From positions 1-64,000 of the IMG/VR virus record IMGVR_UViG_3300035126_001036: a stretch of 64,000 nucleotides of DNA; one strand, given 5' to 3'. The translations under genes were made by a program, and so were the position numbers. Origin of the DNA: an uncultured virus (IMG/VR IMGVR_UViG_3300035126_001036) (taxonomy: Duplodnaviria; Heunggongvirae; Uroviricota; Caudoviricetes). Positions 9,425 to 20,400 of the stretch are shown in pieces. Every line of letters begins with the position of its first letter. Within the stretch, counting starts at the first letter, position 1. Under the pieces are notes generated by a model that saw only the letters and a list, made by a program, of their open reading frames with translations, was not told where the DNA came from and did not search any database.

Positions 9425-10099
9425 ATGTCGTTCTGTTTCATTTCAGATATTCACTCTCAGTCCCAAAGACTGCAAAGGGCAATCGATTATGCCGAGTCTC
9501 AAAATCTTCAGATCATCTTTCTTGGAGACATTTTTGACAGCAAGATCGAATACAGCGACTCCATTGGGGTTCTGAATCTGGTGGAAAAGTCTGTAAAAAA
9601 CGGTCACGTTTGTATGCACTCTAATCACCAGGACAAGCTGGTTCGTTACCTAAAAGGAAACAATGTTTCTCAAAATAACGGTCTTGATGTCACAATCAAG
9701 GAATTTGAGGAGAACAACATCGATAAAAAGGCCCTGTTTGATCTTCTTTCATCTTTTCCTTATGGGGCGATTATGAAGGATGATAGAGGCAAGGAATACC
9801 GGATTGCCCACGCATACTTCCCGAATAGCCTAAGGACCGAATCAAATTTTGTTTATAGGAGTGACCTTAATCGTAGGTACAGGGACGTATTTATTTACGG
9901 AAAAATCGACCGGGACAATATCCGAGTCAAGTGGTGGGAGGCACAGAATGAAAACCAGGAATATGTCCGGGTAGCCGGTCATTATCATGCGGTTTTTATT
10001 GGAGACCAATCTATTGTTCTTGATTCTGGGTGTGGGGGTGATTGTCTGGCTCCACTGTCACTTTATAATGTAGAATCTGGTGTAATTAAGGAGTTTTGA
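9425..10099 (+). CDS. calcineurin-like metallophosphoesterase (Pnkp-phosphatase/PrpE-like)
   Basis: DIH, GDIFD, SNHQDK, GHYH, LDSGC motifs. Confidence 0.85.
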   Translation: MSFCFISDIHSQSQRLQRAIDYAESQNLQIIFLGDIFDSKIEYSDSIGVLNLVEKSVKNGHVCMHSNHQDKLVRYLKGNNVSQNNGLDVTIKEFEENNIDKKALFDLLSSFPYGAIMKDDRGKEYRIAHAYFPNSLRTESNFVYRSDLNRRYRDVFIYGKIDRDNIRVKWWEAQNENQEYVRVAGHYHAVFIGDQSIVLDSGCGGDCLAPLSLYNVESGVIKEF

Positions 10100-10581
10100 T
10101 TTTTATGAGTTACAAGGACCTAGAGCCTTACCGAGACGTGTTACTTCTAAACGCTGATTACAACCCGATTTCCATTTTAAAATGGCGAAGAGCCATTGTT
10201 CTTTTATTGAAAGAACGGGTCAAGTTTATTTCTAAACGAGTCATTTGCCTAAAAAATTATGTGAGGATTCCTTTTGAAAACCTCTTAAGTGTAAGGCCAA
10301 CTAAAAATCTTGTTAAGAAATTTGGCAATTATCAATGCGCTTATTGTGGAATTTATGGCAATCTAACGATTGATCACGTAATTCCATTATCTCGCGGAGG
10401 GCTTCACACTTTTGATAATCTAGTTCCAGCATGTCGAAATTGCAATGAAGAGAAAGGGAACCGCACTCCAGAAGAATGGGGGAAGTTTCCTTACAGAACC
10501 AACTACAAACCTAAAAGTAAATTGGAGATTATTTTGAGAAAATCTAATGTTGATGAATGGAAGGAGTACGTGTACACATGA
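10096..10581 (+). CDS. HNH endonuclease
   Basis: VLLLNADYNP...CAYCG...TIDHVIPLSRGG...NLVPACRNCNEEKG. Confidence 0.9.
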   Translation: MIFMSYKDLEPYRDVLLLNADYNPISILKWRRAIVLLLKERVKFISKRVICLKNYVRIPFENLLSVRPTKNLVKKFGNYQCAYCGIYGNLTIDHVIPLSRGGLHTFDNLVPACRNCNEEKGNRTPEEWGKFPYRTNYKPKSKLEIILRKSNVDEWKEYVYT

Positions 10582-10666
10582 AATTCTTTCTTTACTTGCC
10601 ACTTGTATCCATTTCAGTATTTTTTACTGTAGCAACCATTTACAACCTTATCCAACTTTTTAAACT

Positions 10667-12476
10667 ATGAAACGTTTTTTTGAGGATCCGAATTCTATTG
10701 TGGCTATTTTGGCCTTTAGTCCGCTTTATTTGTGGTTTTTTGTACTTATTGGCTCTCCTTTTTATTTTATACATCAAGAAAATAGCAAGTTTCAACACAA
10801 TCTCAAAACGGTTCTTGAATGCCGTAAGTCTGTAGAAATCTCCCAGATGGACAAGATCTGTGGGCCAATTCCTCAACGTGGAGGCACCAAATGATTGATG
10901 AATCAAGCAAATCACTTAGAAATTTTGTTATTATTGTGATGTTTATGATTGCAATTTCTAATGTCACTTATATTCTTGGGGAACGACGAACTGTTGTTAT
11001 GTGTATTGAGAAACCGGCTCAATGTAAAATCATTTATGATTATTTAAAAATGGGAGATGACAAATGACTATCAAACGCATTCAAGTAAAAGAAACTGAAC
11101 GGTATTATGGGGACTTTGAAGGTTCTCTTGAGAGTATCATTTATTCACTTCAGGCAGATTTAGACGCTGGTTGGGAGGGCCTTGAGAGTGATTATGAATA
11201 TGATTATGGTAACGAGAAATATACTGTATATTATCTCTATAAGCACCGCGAGGAAAATGATAAAGAATATAAAAAACGAATGAAACTACTAGAAACAGAA
11301 AAACAGCAAAAAGAAAAGGCCAAGGCTATAAAACTTGAAAAACTCAAGAAAGAACTTTCTTCTTTGAGTAAGGAAGAAAAAGAGCAGTTAGGACTTATTG
11401 GAGACAACAAATGACCGATCTATCAAAAACTTTACAGGACTATTTTTCATTACAACAGCAGATATATGATTATTTCGGTTACGTTGAAGATTGGAAAGTA
11501 ATCCCAATTGACGATGCAACACAATATTATTGGGTATTAAATCATGAAGAAGAAGTTATTTTTGCCGAGAGTGAAAAGCAACTTATGGATGAGTATGCTG
11601 GGGAATATTATTCTAATTCGATTTATAAACAGAGATTTCTTCCAAAATGGGTCTATAGAACGGATACTCATACAATGATCTGCGTTGATACCAACACTGA
11701 TGGAAATAAATTCCTGCAAATTTTTGATAATACTAAAGAAATGCAACTTTCTAATGGAGATAATAAATGATGGATAAAGAAGATTTTTGTGAAATAATAT
11801 CTATAGGTGTTAGTCTTTTTATGGTTTTAATTGTGTTTCCCATGATGTTTTATAATATGGGTTATTTTTTTGGTAAAAGAGACGCAAAAAATGAGACAAC
11901 TGTTTCCTGTATGGAAAAGCCCAATGAATGTAAAGAACTTTATGGCTACATAAAACTCTCTGAAAAACTTGGAAAGGCCCCATGAATCTTATTCAAATTA
12001 TTTTTGATAAAATTAAACTTTTTAGGGAGAATAGTTTAAAAAGAGCCATGAAAAATATTGAAATCGAATATTCTAGCCCACCAATAGAATTGCCTAAATT
12101 ACCAGAATATAAAATTTTAGAGACATTTAACTATGACACTCTACGCAAAGAGTATATAATTTTAAAATCAATATTGGATGGCGATTGGGAAAATACTAAC
12201 TATAAAACTTATTATACCCTTAGTGAAGCCGAGCAGGTTGCTAGGAAATTTAAAAAATATGGTCATCCAATAATTCACCCTATCAATTCCCGTTATAGAA
12301 TTAAAGAGTCTTATGATGCTAAGGGAGATGAAGAATACTATGATGTTGAAAGGTGTAGTATTTTAAATATGTGGGTATCTATTGGCCGTTCTCATTCTAG
12401 TTTAAATGATGCCAAAAAGGCTGCTGAAATTATTATAAAACATCAAAATCTCCCGAAATGCCATCCTGTCGAATGA
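10667..12476 (+). CDS. cluster of small hypothetical ORFs (10667-10894, 10891-11067, 11064-11414, 11411-11770, 11767-11985, 11982-12476)
   Basis: Chain of ATGA overlaps; 10891-11067 read manually. Confidence 0.7.
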
Positions 12477-12556
12477 GCCACTCCTCAAACTGGCACAAGA
12501 TCCATAAGATCCCCTAATCACATCCTATATAATACAAAAGCCCAATTGGAGGACAC

Positions 12557-13523
12557 TTGAACCAGCAGCAAAAATTTATTTATGAGACCATCGCACAAAT
12601 TGAAGACATTCTTTATGATGCGGAATACGATCTCGGATCTGATTCAGTCATCTATAAAAAAACCAAAGATCTTCTTTCTTTCGTAGAAAATTATCAAGAA
12701 GAAAACGAATGAGATTCACAGTTGTTTACAAAATTCCAAAACATAAAAAAGAACAGAAAGCCACCTTTCTGAATATTGAAGATTCCTTCAAATGGGAAAA
12801 TCATGTAAAAGAAAACCTTAAAGCCTACGATCTAAAAATTATTCCATCTTAGGAGAATTTGTTTATGCTACCCACTTTTGTAGAGTCCGAAATTCGCATT
12901 GTTGATGTTGACATTATTCTTGAAGAAGACGGGTACTATTCTGTAGTCACCTATTCTGATGGGAAATTTGATGAGTTTGGCCCTTATGATTCTTATCAAG
13001 AGGCCGAATCGGCTGTTTACTAAATACAACTAACCCACAAAAAGGAGGGAACACCATGGAAACTCAGGTCATTGAGAAAAAGCAAGATTGGGAATATCTT
13101 GAGTACCTTAATAGGGACGTAGAGGAAGAAGAAAATGAAGAGCCTTGCTATCCAGAATTTGATGACTGGGCACGGTGACAATTGAAGAACTGTCCACTAA
13201 TGGATAAAAAAGCAAAAATGCCTGTTAGGATCAAGAGGTCTAGAGAGAAGCTATCATCTTCTCTGATTGACGAACTTCTAGAGACTGATATTTTTCAGTC
13301 ATCTGTCAAGGAAGAATTATCTTTAGAAGTAAAACAACTTCTAAAGGACTTTTAATTTATTATATTTGGAGTTATTTTTATGAACGCACAAGAAGCAATG
13401 GCGATTATTCGCTCTGGCAAAAACGGCAGTCAAATTCTAGATCTTCTAGATAAGATTGTTTCTCTTTCCGATGTTGAAGAAACATCGTCAGAGGTTTCTG
13501 AAGAGATTGTGTTTGCCGACTGA
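12557..13523 (+). CDS. run of very short ORFs below the track cut-off (e.g. 12557-12712, 12709-12852, 12865-13023, 13057-13178, 13380-13523)
   Basis: Read manually; RBS-like GGAGG/AGGAG/GGAG upstream of several; lie between palindromic boxes at 12474, 13174 and 13519. Confidence 0.55.
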
Positions 13524-13599
13524 CACTTTTTAAACTGTCCACCGTATGCCCATTCTATTCGTAGGATGGGCTATTATTTTGGAAGTTCACTAAAGACTT

Positions 13600-14070
13600 A
13601 TGACTTCTAAATCTCAACTGCAAACCAAAATTCAAGAACTGGAAGAAGAAATTTCTTCTTTTAAACAACAACTGAATAACTACAAAGAGACACCAACCAT
13701 CGAAACCGCCAAAGTTGGTGATGTTCTAGAAGACGGTTGTATTGTACTCAAAAAAGAAAATGGTCTCGCTCTTTTGGTGGCCCCAGAATCAACCGAGGTT
13801 TATGTTACTTGGAGTAAAGAGTTTTCAACAGTATTCAAGAAACTAGAAGAACAAGGATTTAATCCTTCTCAGTTCTTTATTCCAACCATGGATCAACTTA
13901 ATCTTGCCTATAAGACCATTCCTCAACACTTCGCCAGCACCGGCTATTGGTCTTCTATAGAGTTCACTGCTACTCTCGCTTGCGGCGTGTTCTTTAATGT
14001 TGGCAGTGCGTACCGCGGCACTAAGACGCTTACGTGCTGCGTGCGTGCCTTCCGGTGTGTTACTTATTGA
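13600..14070 (+). CDS. small coiled-coil + CLec/DUF1566-like protein, candidate DGR target (copy 1)
   Basis: C-terminus YWSS.E...A..V.F..G......K.....VRAFR matches the C-type-lectin-fold signature of DGR variable proteins; paralog at 50952. Confidence 0.75.
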   Translation: MTSKSQLQTKIQELEEEISSFKQQLNNYKETPTIETAKVGDVLEDGCIVLKKENGLALLVAPESTEVYVTWSKEFSTVFKKLEEQGFNPSQFFIPTMDQLNLAYKTIPQHFASTGYWSSIEFTATLACGVFFNVGSAYRGTKTLTCCVRAFRCVTY

Positions 14071-14259
14071 ACCTTGAATTTTGATACTTGATACTTAAGC
14101 AAAGTTATGAAATCATATTCAGCCCACTCGGACACCGAATTCTACGAGACAGACAATTTAAAAGAGGCAATTGAAGTTGCCCAGTCCATGGCCGAACATT
14201 TCGGCTCATCATACGTCATAAACAACCAAACTAACGAAATTATTGAGAGGTTTTAAAAA

Positions 14260-15810
14260 GTGATTCTGAATTTTACTGTTCCTGAAAATCTTTACGGCAA
14301 GATCGAGGCCTACGATACCGTAAAACCCAAAACACAGAAGACTAGCAATAAAGGTCCTGTTTTCCCTCGGGCAGGTATTCCAGAGAATCTGGTTCCCGAA
14401 AATATTCTTCCAAAACAGCAACTTCTCAATATTATTCAAACCCTGAATCGATCAAATGATCCACATTATAGGAGTGTGGTCCAACAACACCACATTGATA
14501 ATCTGAAAAAAATTCTGATCTGCAAACTTTCCAGTAAGTATTGGTTTGCCATTTGGTTTGACATGAATGATTCTGAGACAGTCTTTCATTATTCTCTTTG
14601 TCTGAGGAATCTCTCTTCTTATAAAACCTATAGGGATAATAACTTCTTTAGGGACCATAAAGTTAGTGAAGAGGACTTCACTTCCCAGAAACACAATAAA
14701 AAAGAATATCTTTATTTGTTCCGGTCTGTGACCCCAGAAGATCTTAAAAATAGGAAATATGAACTGTTTCCCAACTTTCCGTATTACAATGTGCATGGTG
14801 ATTTTCTTCTCCCCTTTAAGACAAAACTAGCCAAATACATCAGGGTTTGGAATAATGAGCAAGATCCCTTTCGGGCCTACAATACCTCACTGGCAACTAT
14901 TATGGGGTATTATGATTCATCGCTCAGTTCAACTGATCTGTTCAACTGGATTCCGGACACTTCACACTTCATTAGAATCACTTATTCTATTAAAGAAATT
15001 ATTTCTATTCTAGAAACTCCTTTCTTTAAAAAAGCAATTCAGACTTATATTCAGTCTTTCATTGATGAATATAATTCAATGGAGCGGTATCGGGCTATTA
15101 ATTCTGGCCCGTTGTTGGCGAAGATTAGGGCAATTAATCTTGCTTATTTTCTTTATGGCGAAGAACTTTCTCTGGATCTTTATCAACAGATTTGGAATGC
15201 CGAGATGTCAAATACTTCCTATGCCTTTAATGCTTCCAATAGTTATGAATTTGTTTCTTCTTGGATGCGAAACAACGTCCCGGCCAAGTCTTTTGTGAAT
15301 ATGTTTGTTCGGTCTTCTGGTGAAATTTCAGATGCAATCTCCATGCTTTCTGATATTTTGCGAAGGAATGGAGAGATTACTTATGAAGGAAGGTGGAGGC
15401 CCAGGGAATTTCATGATCATATTATGAGCGAACAATGGAAGCTCCGCAATAAAAATGAAAAACTGAATCAGGATCTTTTCCCACAACCTCTTAAAGTTGA
15501 GAATATGACCTACATTCAGCCGTTTGACGTTCACCAATTGTCGAAGTGGGGTCGAGAAGTTAGAAATTGTGTCGGTAATTCTACCTATATAAACGGTATC
15601 AAAAACAAGACGCACTTTATTATTCTTGGTCTAAAGAATAATGAACCCTATCTGACGGTGCAGGCGAGACTTGAGAACCAGAATTTTAAGGTGGTTCAAA
15701 TTGTAAAAGTTTGTAATGCTAGTTTGAATACTCAAGAAACCCAGGAATTCAATAAAACCTTCTCAAAGGCCCTGGAAATTCGCACAAAAGAAATCGCAAA
15801 ACAAGCATGA
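14260..15810 (+). CDS. PcfJ-like domain protein
   Basis: C-terminal FHDHIM...LSKWGREVRNCVG...YLTVQ...VQI pattern. Confidence 0.65.
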   Translation: MILNFTVPENLYGKIEAYDTVKPKTQKTSNKGPVFPRAGIPENLVPENILPKQQLLNIIQTLNRSNDPHYRSVVQQHHIDNLKKILICKLSSKYWFAIWFDMNDSETVFHYSLCLRNLSSYKTYRDNNFFRDHKVSEEDFTSQKHNKKEYLYLFRSVTPEDLKNRKYELFPNFPYYNVHGDFLLPFKTKLAKYIRVWNNEQDPFRAYNTSLATIMGYYDSSLSSTDLFNWIPDTSHFIRITYSIKEIISILETPFFKKAIQTYIQSFIDEYNSMERYRAINSGPLLAKIRAINLAYFLYGEELSLDLYQQIWNAEMSNTSYAFNASNSYEFVSSWMRNNVPAKSFVNMFVRSSGEISDAISMLSDILRRNGEITYEGRWRPREFHDHIMSEQWKLRNKNEKLNQDLFPQPLKVENMTYIQPFDVHQLSKWGREVRNCVGNSTYINGIKNKTHFIILGLKNNEPYLTVQARLENQNFKVVQIVKVCNASLNTQETQEFNKTFSKALEIRTKEIAKQA

Positions 15811-16034
15811 AAAAACTGAAAGTTAAGGCTCCTTATAATCACCACATGGAGTATCGTCATGATATTCAGAGAATTGTAGAAATCTTCGCCAAACGGGGTT
15901 ATGAGATTTCTGAATCTGATGCTGTGATTACCTGGGAACAATTTTCTGATAGTATGTGCGCAGGGTGGATGATTTTAGGAACCGATGATGAAGTGTTTGA
16001 GGACGCTTTTTATTACTTTGAGGCAGCCGAATGA
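15807..16034 (+). CDS. hypothetical protein
   Basis: ATGA coupling on both sides. Confidence 0.7.
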   Translation: MKKLKVKAPYNHHMEYRHDIQRIVEIFAKRGYEISESDAVITWEQFSDSMCAGWMILGTDDEVFEDAFYYFEAAE

Positions 16035-16828
16035 GAGTGCGCGTAGTTTCAGATATTCACTTAGAATTTTGCCAAGACGGACATGGAATTCCTGATCTTG
16101 GATCCGGAGAAGTTTTGATTTTAGGTGGTGACATTTTATGTGCAAGACATCTTGTCAAGGATGGGCCACTAAAACGGATTTATTCCGATTTTCTTAATAA
16201 ATGCGTACAAAATTTTGAGGACGTAATTTACCTAAATGGAAACCATGAGCACTATTCTCTAAACTACAACAAAACATTTGAGATTCTTAAAGAACACCTT
16301 CCAAAAGAAATCCATTATATAGAAAACGATTATGTAAAAATCAAAGATGTTATTTTCCTCGGTTGCACTCTATGGACCGACTTCTTTAATGAAGATCCAA
16401 TTGAAATGTTGGATGCTTCTAGATTTATGTCTGATTATAATGTAATCAGAATCGATTCTACTTATAGAAAACTAAGGCCAGAAGATACTCTTTATTTTCA
16501 TAAAAAGTCAAGAAAATTTCTTGAAGAAAAGGTAGAAGAGTTTAAAGATTATAAGATCTGGATTTGCACTCATCATGCTCCTTCTTATCAGTCGATTCAT
16601 GAGAAGTACAAAAATCAGGCTCTTAATAGTGCCTTTGCTAGTAATTTAGATGACTTTATTTTGAATAATCCACAGATTAAGTATTTTAGTCATGGACATA
16701 CTCATGAAAGTTTTGATTATAAAATTGGTGAGTGTCGAGTGATATGTAATTCGCGTGGGTATTACAATGGCTATAATAGTTCCGGACTAAATCCTAATTT
16801 TGATCCAGATCTAGAAATAGTAGTGTGA
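16031..16828 (+). CDS. metallophosphoesterase
   Basis: SDIHLE, GGDI, GNHEHY, THHAPS, HGHTH. Confidence 0.9.
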   Translation: MRVRVVSDIHLEFCQDGHGIPDLGSGEVLILGGDILCARHLVKDGPLKRIYSDFLNKCVQNFEDVIYLNGNHEHYSLNYNKTFEILKEHLPKEIHYIENDYVKIKDVIFLGCTLWTDFFNEDPIEMLDASRFMSDYNVIRIDSTYRKLRPEDTLYFHKKSRKFLEEKVEEFKDYKIWICTHHAPSYQSIHEKYKNQALNSAFASNLDDFILNNPQIKYFSHGHTHESFDYKIGECRVICNSRGYYNGYNSSGLNPNFDPDLEIVV

Positions 16829-17079
16829 CAATTTTCAAACTGGCACACGATTTATCTGATACCCCAAAAAACTCCTACAATAATCCCAGTTAGCAAAAAA
16901 CTCATGCCGCCACATCTAACCCTCCAAACATCATCAGCATTTGAACGAATCTATGATGCTATTATGGGAAAAACATCCGATGACCTTTCGGCAATCAATC
17001 TTCATTTGCGTGAACTTCTGCGCAAAGCAAATGAAGTAGAAGAAATTCGCGCAGAACTTAACAATTGATGTAAAAAATT

Positions 17080-17490
17080 ATGAAAAATCAAAATGGCTTT
17101 ATTGATCCTGTTGTCGGGACTGTTATTGCTGGGGTAGTCTTGATAGGTGCCCTGGCCTTTGGTCTTCCACAATATAATGTATGGCAACAGTCTCTTTCTG
17201 GTAAGGCAGAGCTACAGAAAGCCGAATATACACGACAGGTGGCTGTTCTAGAAGCCCAGGCCAAAAAAGACTCCGCATCGCAACTCGCTGAAGCCGAGAT
17301 CATTAGGGCCGAAGGCGTTGCCAAGGCGAATGCCATTATTGGAGAATCCCTGAAAGGAAATCCTGCCTATCTTCAATATCTTTGGATTACTCAAGGTGAG
17401 GAAAACACCCAACGAACTGTTTATATGGTTCCGAGCAATGGTGGCGCACCTGTTCCAACTTTTGATATTCAGGTTCCTGTGCAAAAATGA
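17080..17490 (+). CDS. membrane-anchored coiled-coil protein (SPFH/band-7 C-terminal-like)
   Basis: N-terminal TM helix; AEAEIIRAEGVAKANAII...YLQYLWI. Confidence 0.6.
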   Translation: MKNQNGFIDPVVGTVIAGVVLIGALAFGLPQYNVWQQSLSGKAELQKAEYTRQVAVLEAQAKKDSASQLAEAEIIRAEGVAKANAIIGESLKGNPAYLQYLWITQGEENTQRTVYMVPSNGGAPVPTFDIQVPVQK

Positions 17491-20400
17491 ATGAAATCAT
17501 CTTTTCGGCACACTCTCCTGCTGTTCTATGTGCCAACTATCCCGAATATAAAGTGGAATTTAAGATTGAAAACGGAGATGTAAATGTCCGAGAATATCTT
17601 ACAGTTTTTAATAACTTCCTAAAGGCTCTTGGGTTCTCAGATTATACAATTCTAAAAGGGGAACTACAAGCCGCAACCGATAAGAATTGCAATGATTCAA
17701 AAATGGTAGATGAAATTCTAGAACTGGAAGGTCTTATGAATTCTTTTGATCACACCCAGGAAATTCTAGATCTTGAACAAACCCATAAAGAAGAACTAGA
17801 TCGTTATGAGGCCGAAATTATCAAACTAAAGGCCGAGCTGTCTAGACTCAAGGATCCCGACAATCCCCAGTACACTGATGAAGAACTAGTTGCCATGCAC
17901 ACAAAAAGCCCAGACAAGCTATGGGACTAATTCGACTTTTTGATTGGTATAAAGGATGGGATTACGGTTGGGATGTTTATCTAATTTTAGGCCAATTTAA
18001 AAAATTCAATCTATTTGAGGCCACGTTTTCTCAGTCTATGTGTATGGACTGGGAACCCAATGTTTCTTTGAGAGTTTCTCTTTTTTCTGGATCGGTCTTC
18101 TCTTTTAGAATCGAGATTTATTCTTTGGTTTTTTATTGCGATTTTATTACTTATCGTTGTCCAATGGATCTTTTGTACACAAGAGAATGAACTTTATTTT
18201 AAATCTCTGGCATAAATTCCAGATGTGGAGATGGAAACGTAAATGCATCAAATATTTTGGTTGTAAATCGGAAACGATTTATGTTTCTCAACAAGATTAT
18301 GATGCATTGGTCAGGAGAATCAATGAGCCACCAGATCCAGAAACAGTTGAGAAATTGAAGAAATTTATGAATAGAAAATCACCCTGGGAGTCTTTAAATG
18401 ACAGAAAAGGAAGTTCAGAAAATGATTGATGAGGCCATTAAATCCCACGAAATCCGGGTTGGCTGGATTAGTGGAATTATTGGCGCTCTGTTTACTTTTG
18501 GGATCATTCACTCTATTTGGCTAATTAAACTCAATGTCAACTACTGAATTTTTAGAATTTGTAGATTTTTTCTCAAGAGAACTTTACCTGTTCATTGCTT
18601 TTTTATGTGGTCTAATTCTGGGTTATATTATAGGTTTTAGAGATGGCCAATAACAGACTGATTCTTCTTCGATATTTGGGTAGTATTCTTGTACTAATCG
18701 GATATTTTTTTCTTTTAAATGTTGATATTTTAACCGGGGTTTCTCTACGAATTGTTGCAAACTGTCTCTCTCTTCCTTGGGCAATAAAATATAAAATTTG
18801 GGATTTTGTGATTCTTCTTGTATTCTTTTTGGTTTTAGAGATTGCAAAATTTATCGAGTTGACCACTTCTTGAACTGGCACACTACTATTGCTGAGTGGT
18901 GTGCTTTACCTTATGATTGTCTGGTAAACAAAGGAGGTTCATCATGATGACAGAAAAAGAATTAAACCATGTAATTGATATGTCAGATTTCTGGGAAACT
19001 CACGACAAGAAAAGTCAGTCTTATCTTGGAAAAATTCCTTCTAAAGATTTCTGGGATGAGGCGTATCAACTTTTTCTTGATTATGCAACACCAGAAGAAC
19101 TGGAAACAGACACACTAAAACGCGAAACACTACAAAAAATTTCTACTGCATTGGGATTTGAATGATGACTAAAACCTTTACGCTAACACTCAGCGAAAAA
19201 CAGGCCCAGACAATCTCAACTGCCTGTGAACTTCTGTCTCGCATTCAAAGTGGGCAGATTCTAGAGGCATTTGGGCACCTCCCACTTAAAAAAGACATTG
19301 ATTGGGGAGTTTATCACGAAATTCGAGATGACCTGACCAAAAGGATGCCCGAAATTTTTATGGACGGGATTGATGGTTATGGCTCTTTTTTGGGGGTTGG
19401 AAATACCAAACTTCCAGAATCCCGCGACATTGCCTGGGACCTGTATCAGGTCATTCGCCACCACCTTTCTTGGCAGAAAGCCGTAGAAGATGGTATTGTC
19501 GAGAGTATGGATTCCCCAAGGGTGTTTCTTAAGATGATGGGAGTGAATTATGATACTCCAATGAAATTTGGCTGTGAATCACTTGCAAAAATGGAGATGA
19601 TTGATGACTGACCTAGAAACTATGTTCACTAAATGTCAAAGTTCAGTTTGACAAAAATGGAATTCCTACTTTTGAGATTGAAAAATGACTGATGATCAAA
19701 TCGTTAAAATTGTTATGAAATATTTTCTTCCTTATAGTGATGGTGAGGAGGGGGATTTACAATGGTGGGGTAAACATCAAGATATATTAGATTTCGCCCA
19801 GGCAATGTATAAGCAAGGTTATCACCAAGGAACTTTTGATGAAAGTGCTCGTTACATTGGGGAAGATTATTGATGACTGAAACACCTAAAATAGACAAAT
19901 TCATTGACGAAATATTCTTCTTAAAATCATCACACAAACTCTTAGAAAACCTTTTTGATGAAATTGGTCCATATAAGCATGGTGAAATTTCTTCTGAATT
20001 GTGGTACAAAGTTTGCAACCACTTTAATTTTGATGATAGTGAATAAATTCCAATTGTAAAATGGGGAAGATTAACTGAAAAATGATTGACCAAATGCAAA
20101 AAGAATTTGACGAATGGTTCTATGGCTTCTATGGTCGATTCTCATTCAGAATAGAGTATTTTTATGAGGACTGTGGGGTAGAGGATGTAGAAACTCGCAG
20201 AAAATTACTTCTTAGATGGATTAAGTCCGCTTTTGAAGTTGGTTATGAGAGTGGTTATAACCAAGGACGTGATGTTATGATGTAACTGGAGAGCAATGAT
20301 GCCTAGAAACCCCATCGCAATTTCTGATAATTTCGTTCTTTGTGAAGATGGAACGATTTGGAGGTGGAACAAAAGAAGTTCTGCTTTTTACTACGCTCCT

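Noticed and set aside
12549..12572. Extra palindromic box (GAGGACACTTGAACC)
   Set aside because: Right arm is missing; better explained as RBS plus TTG start.
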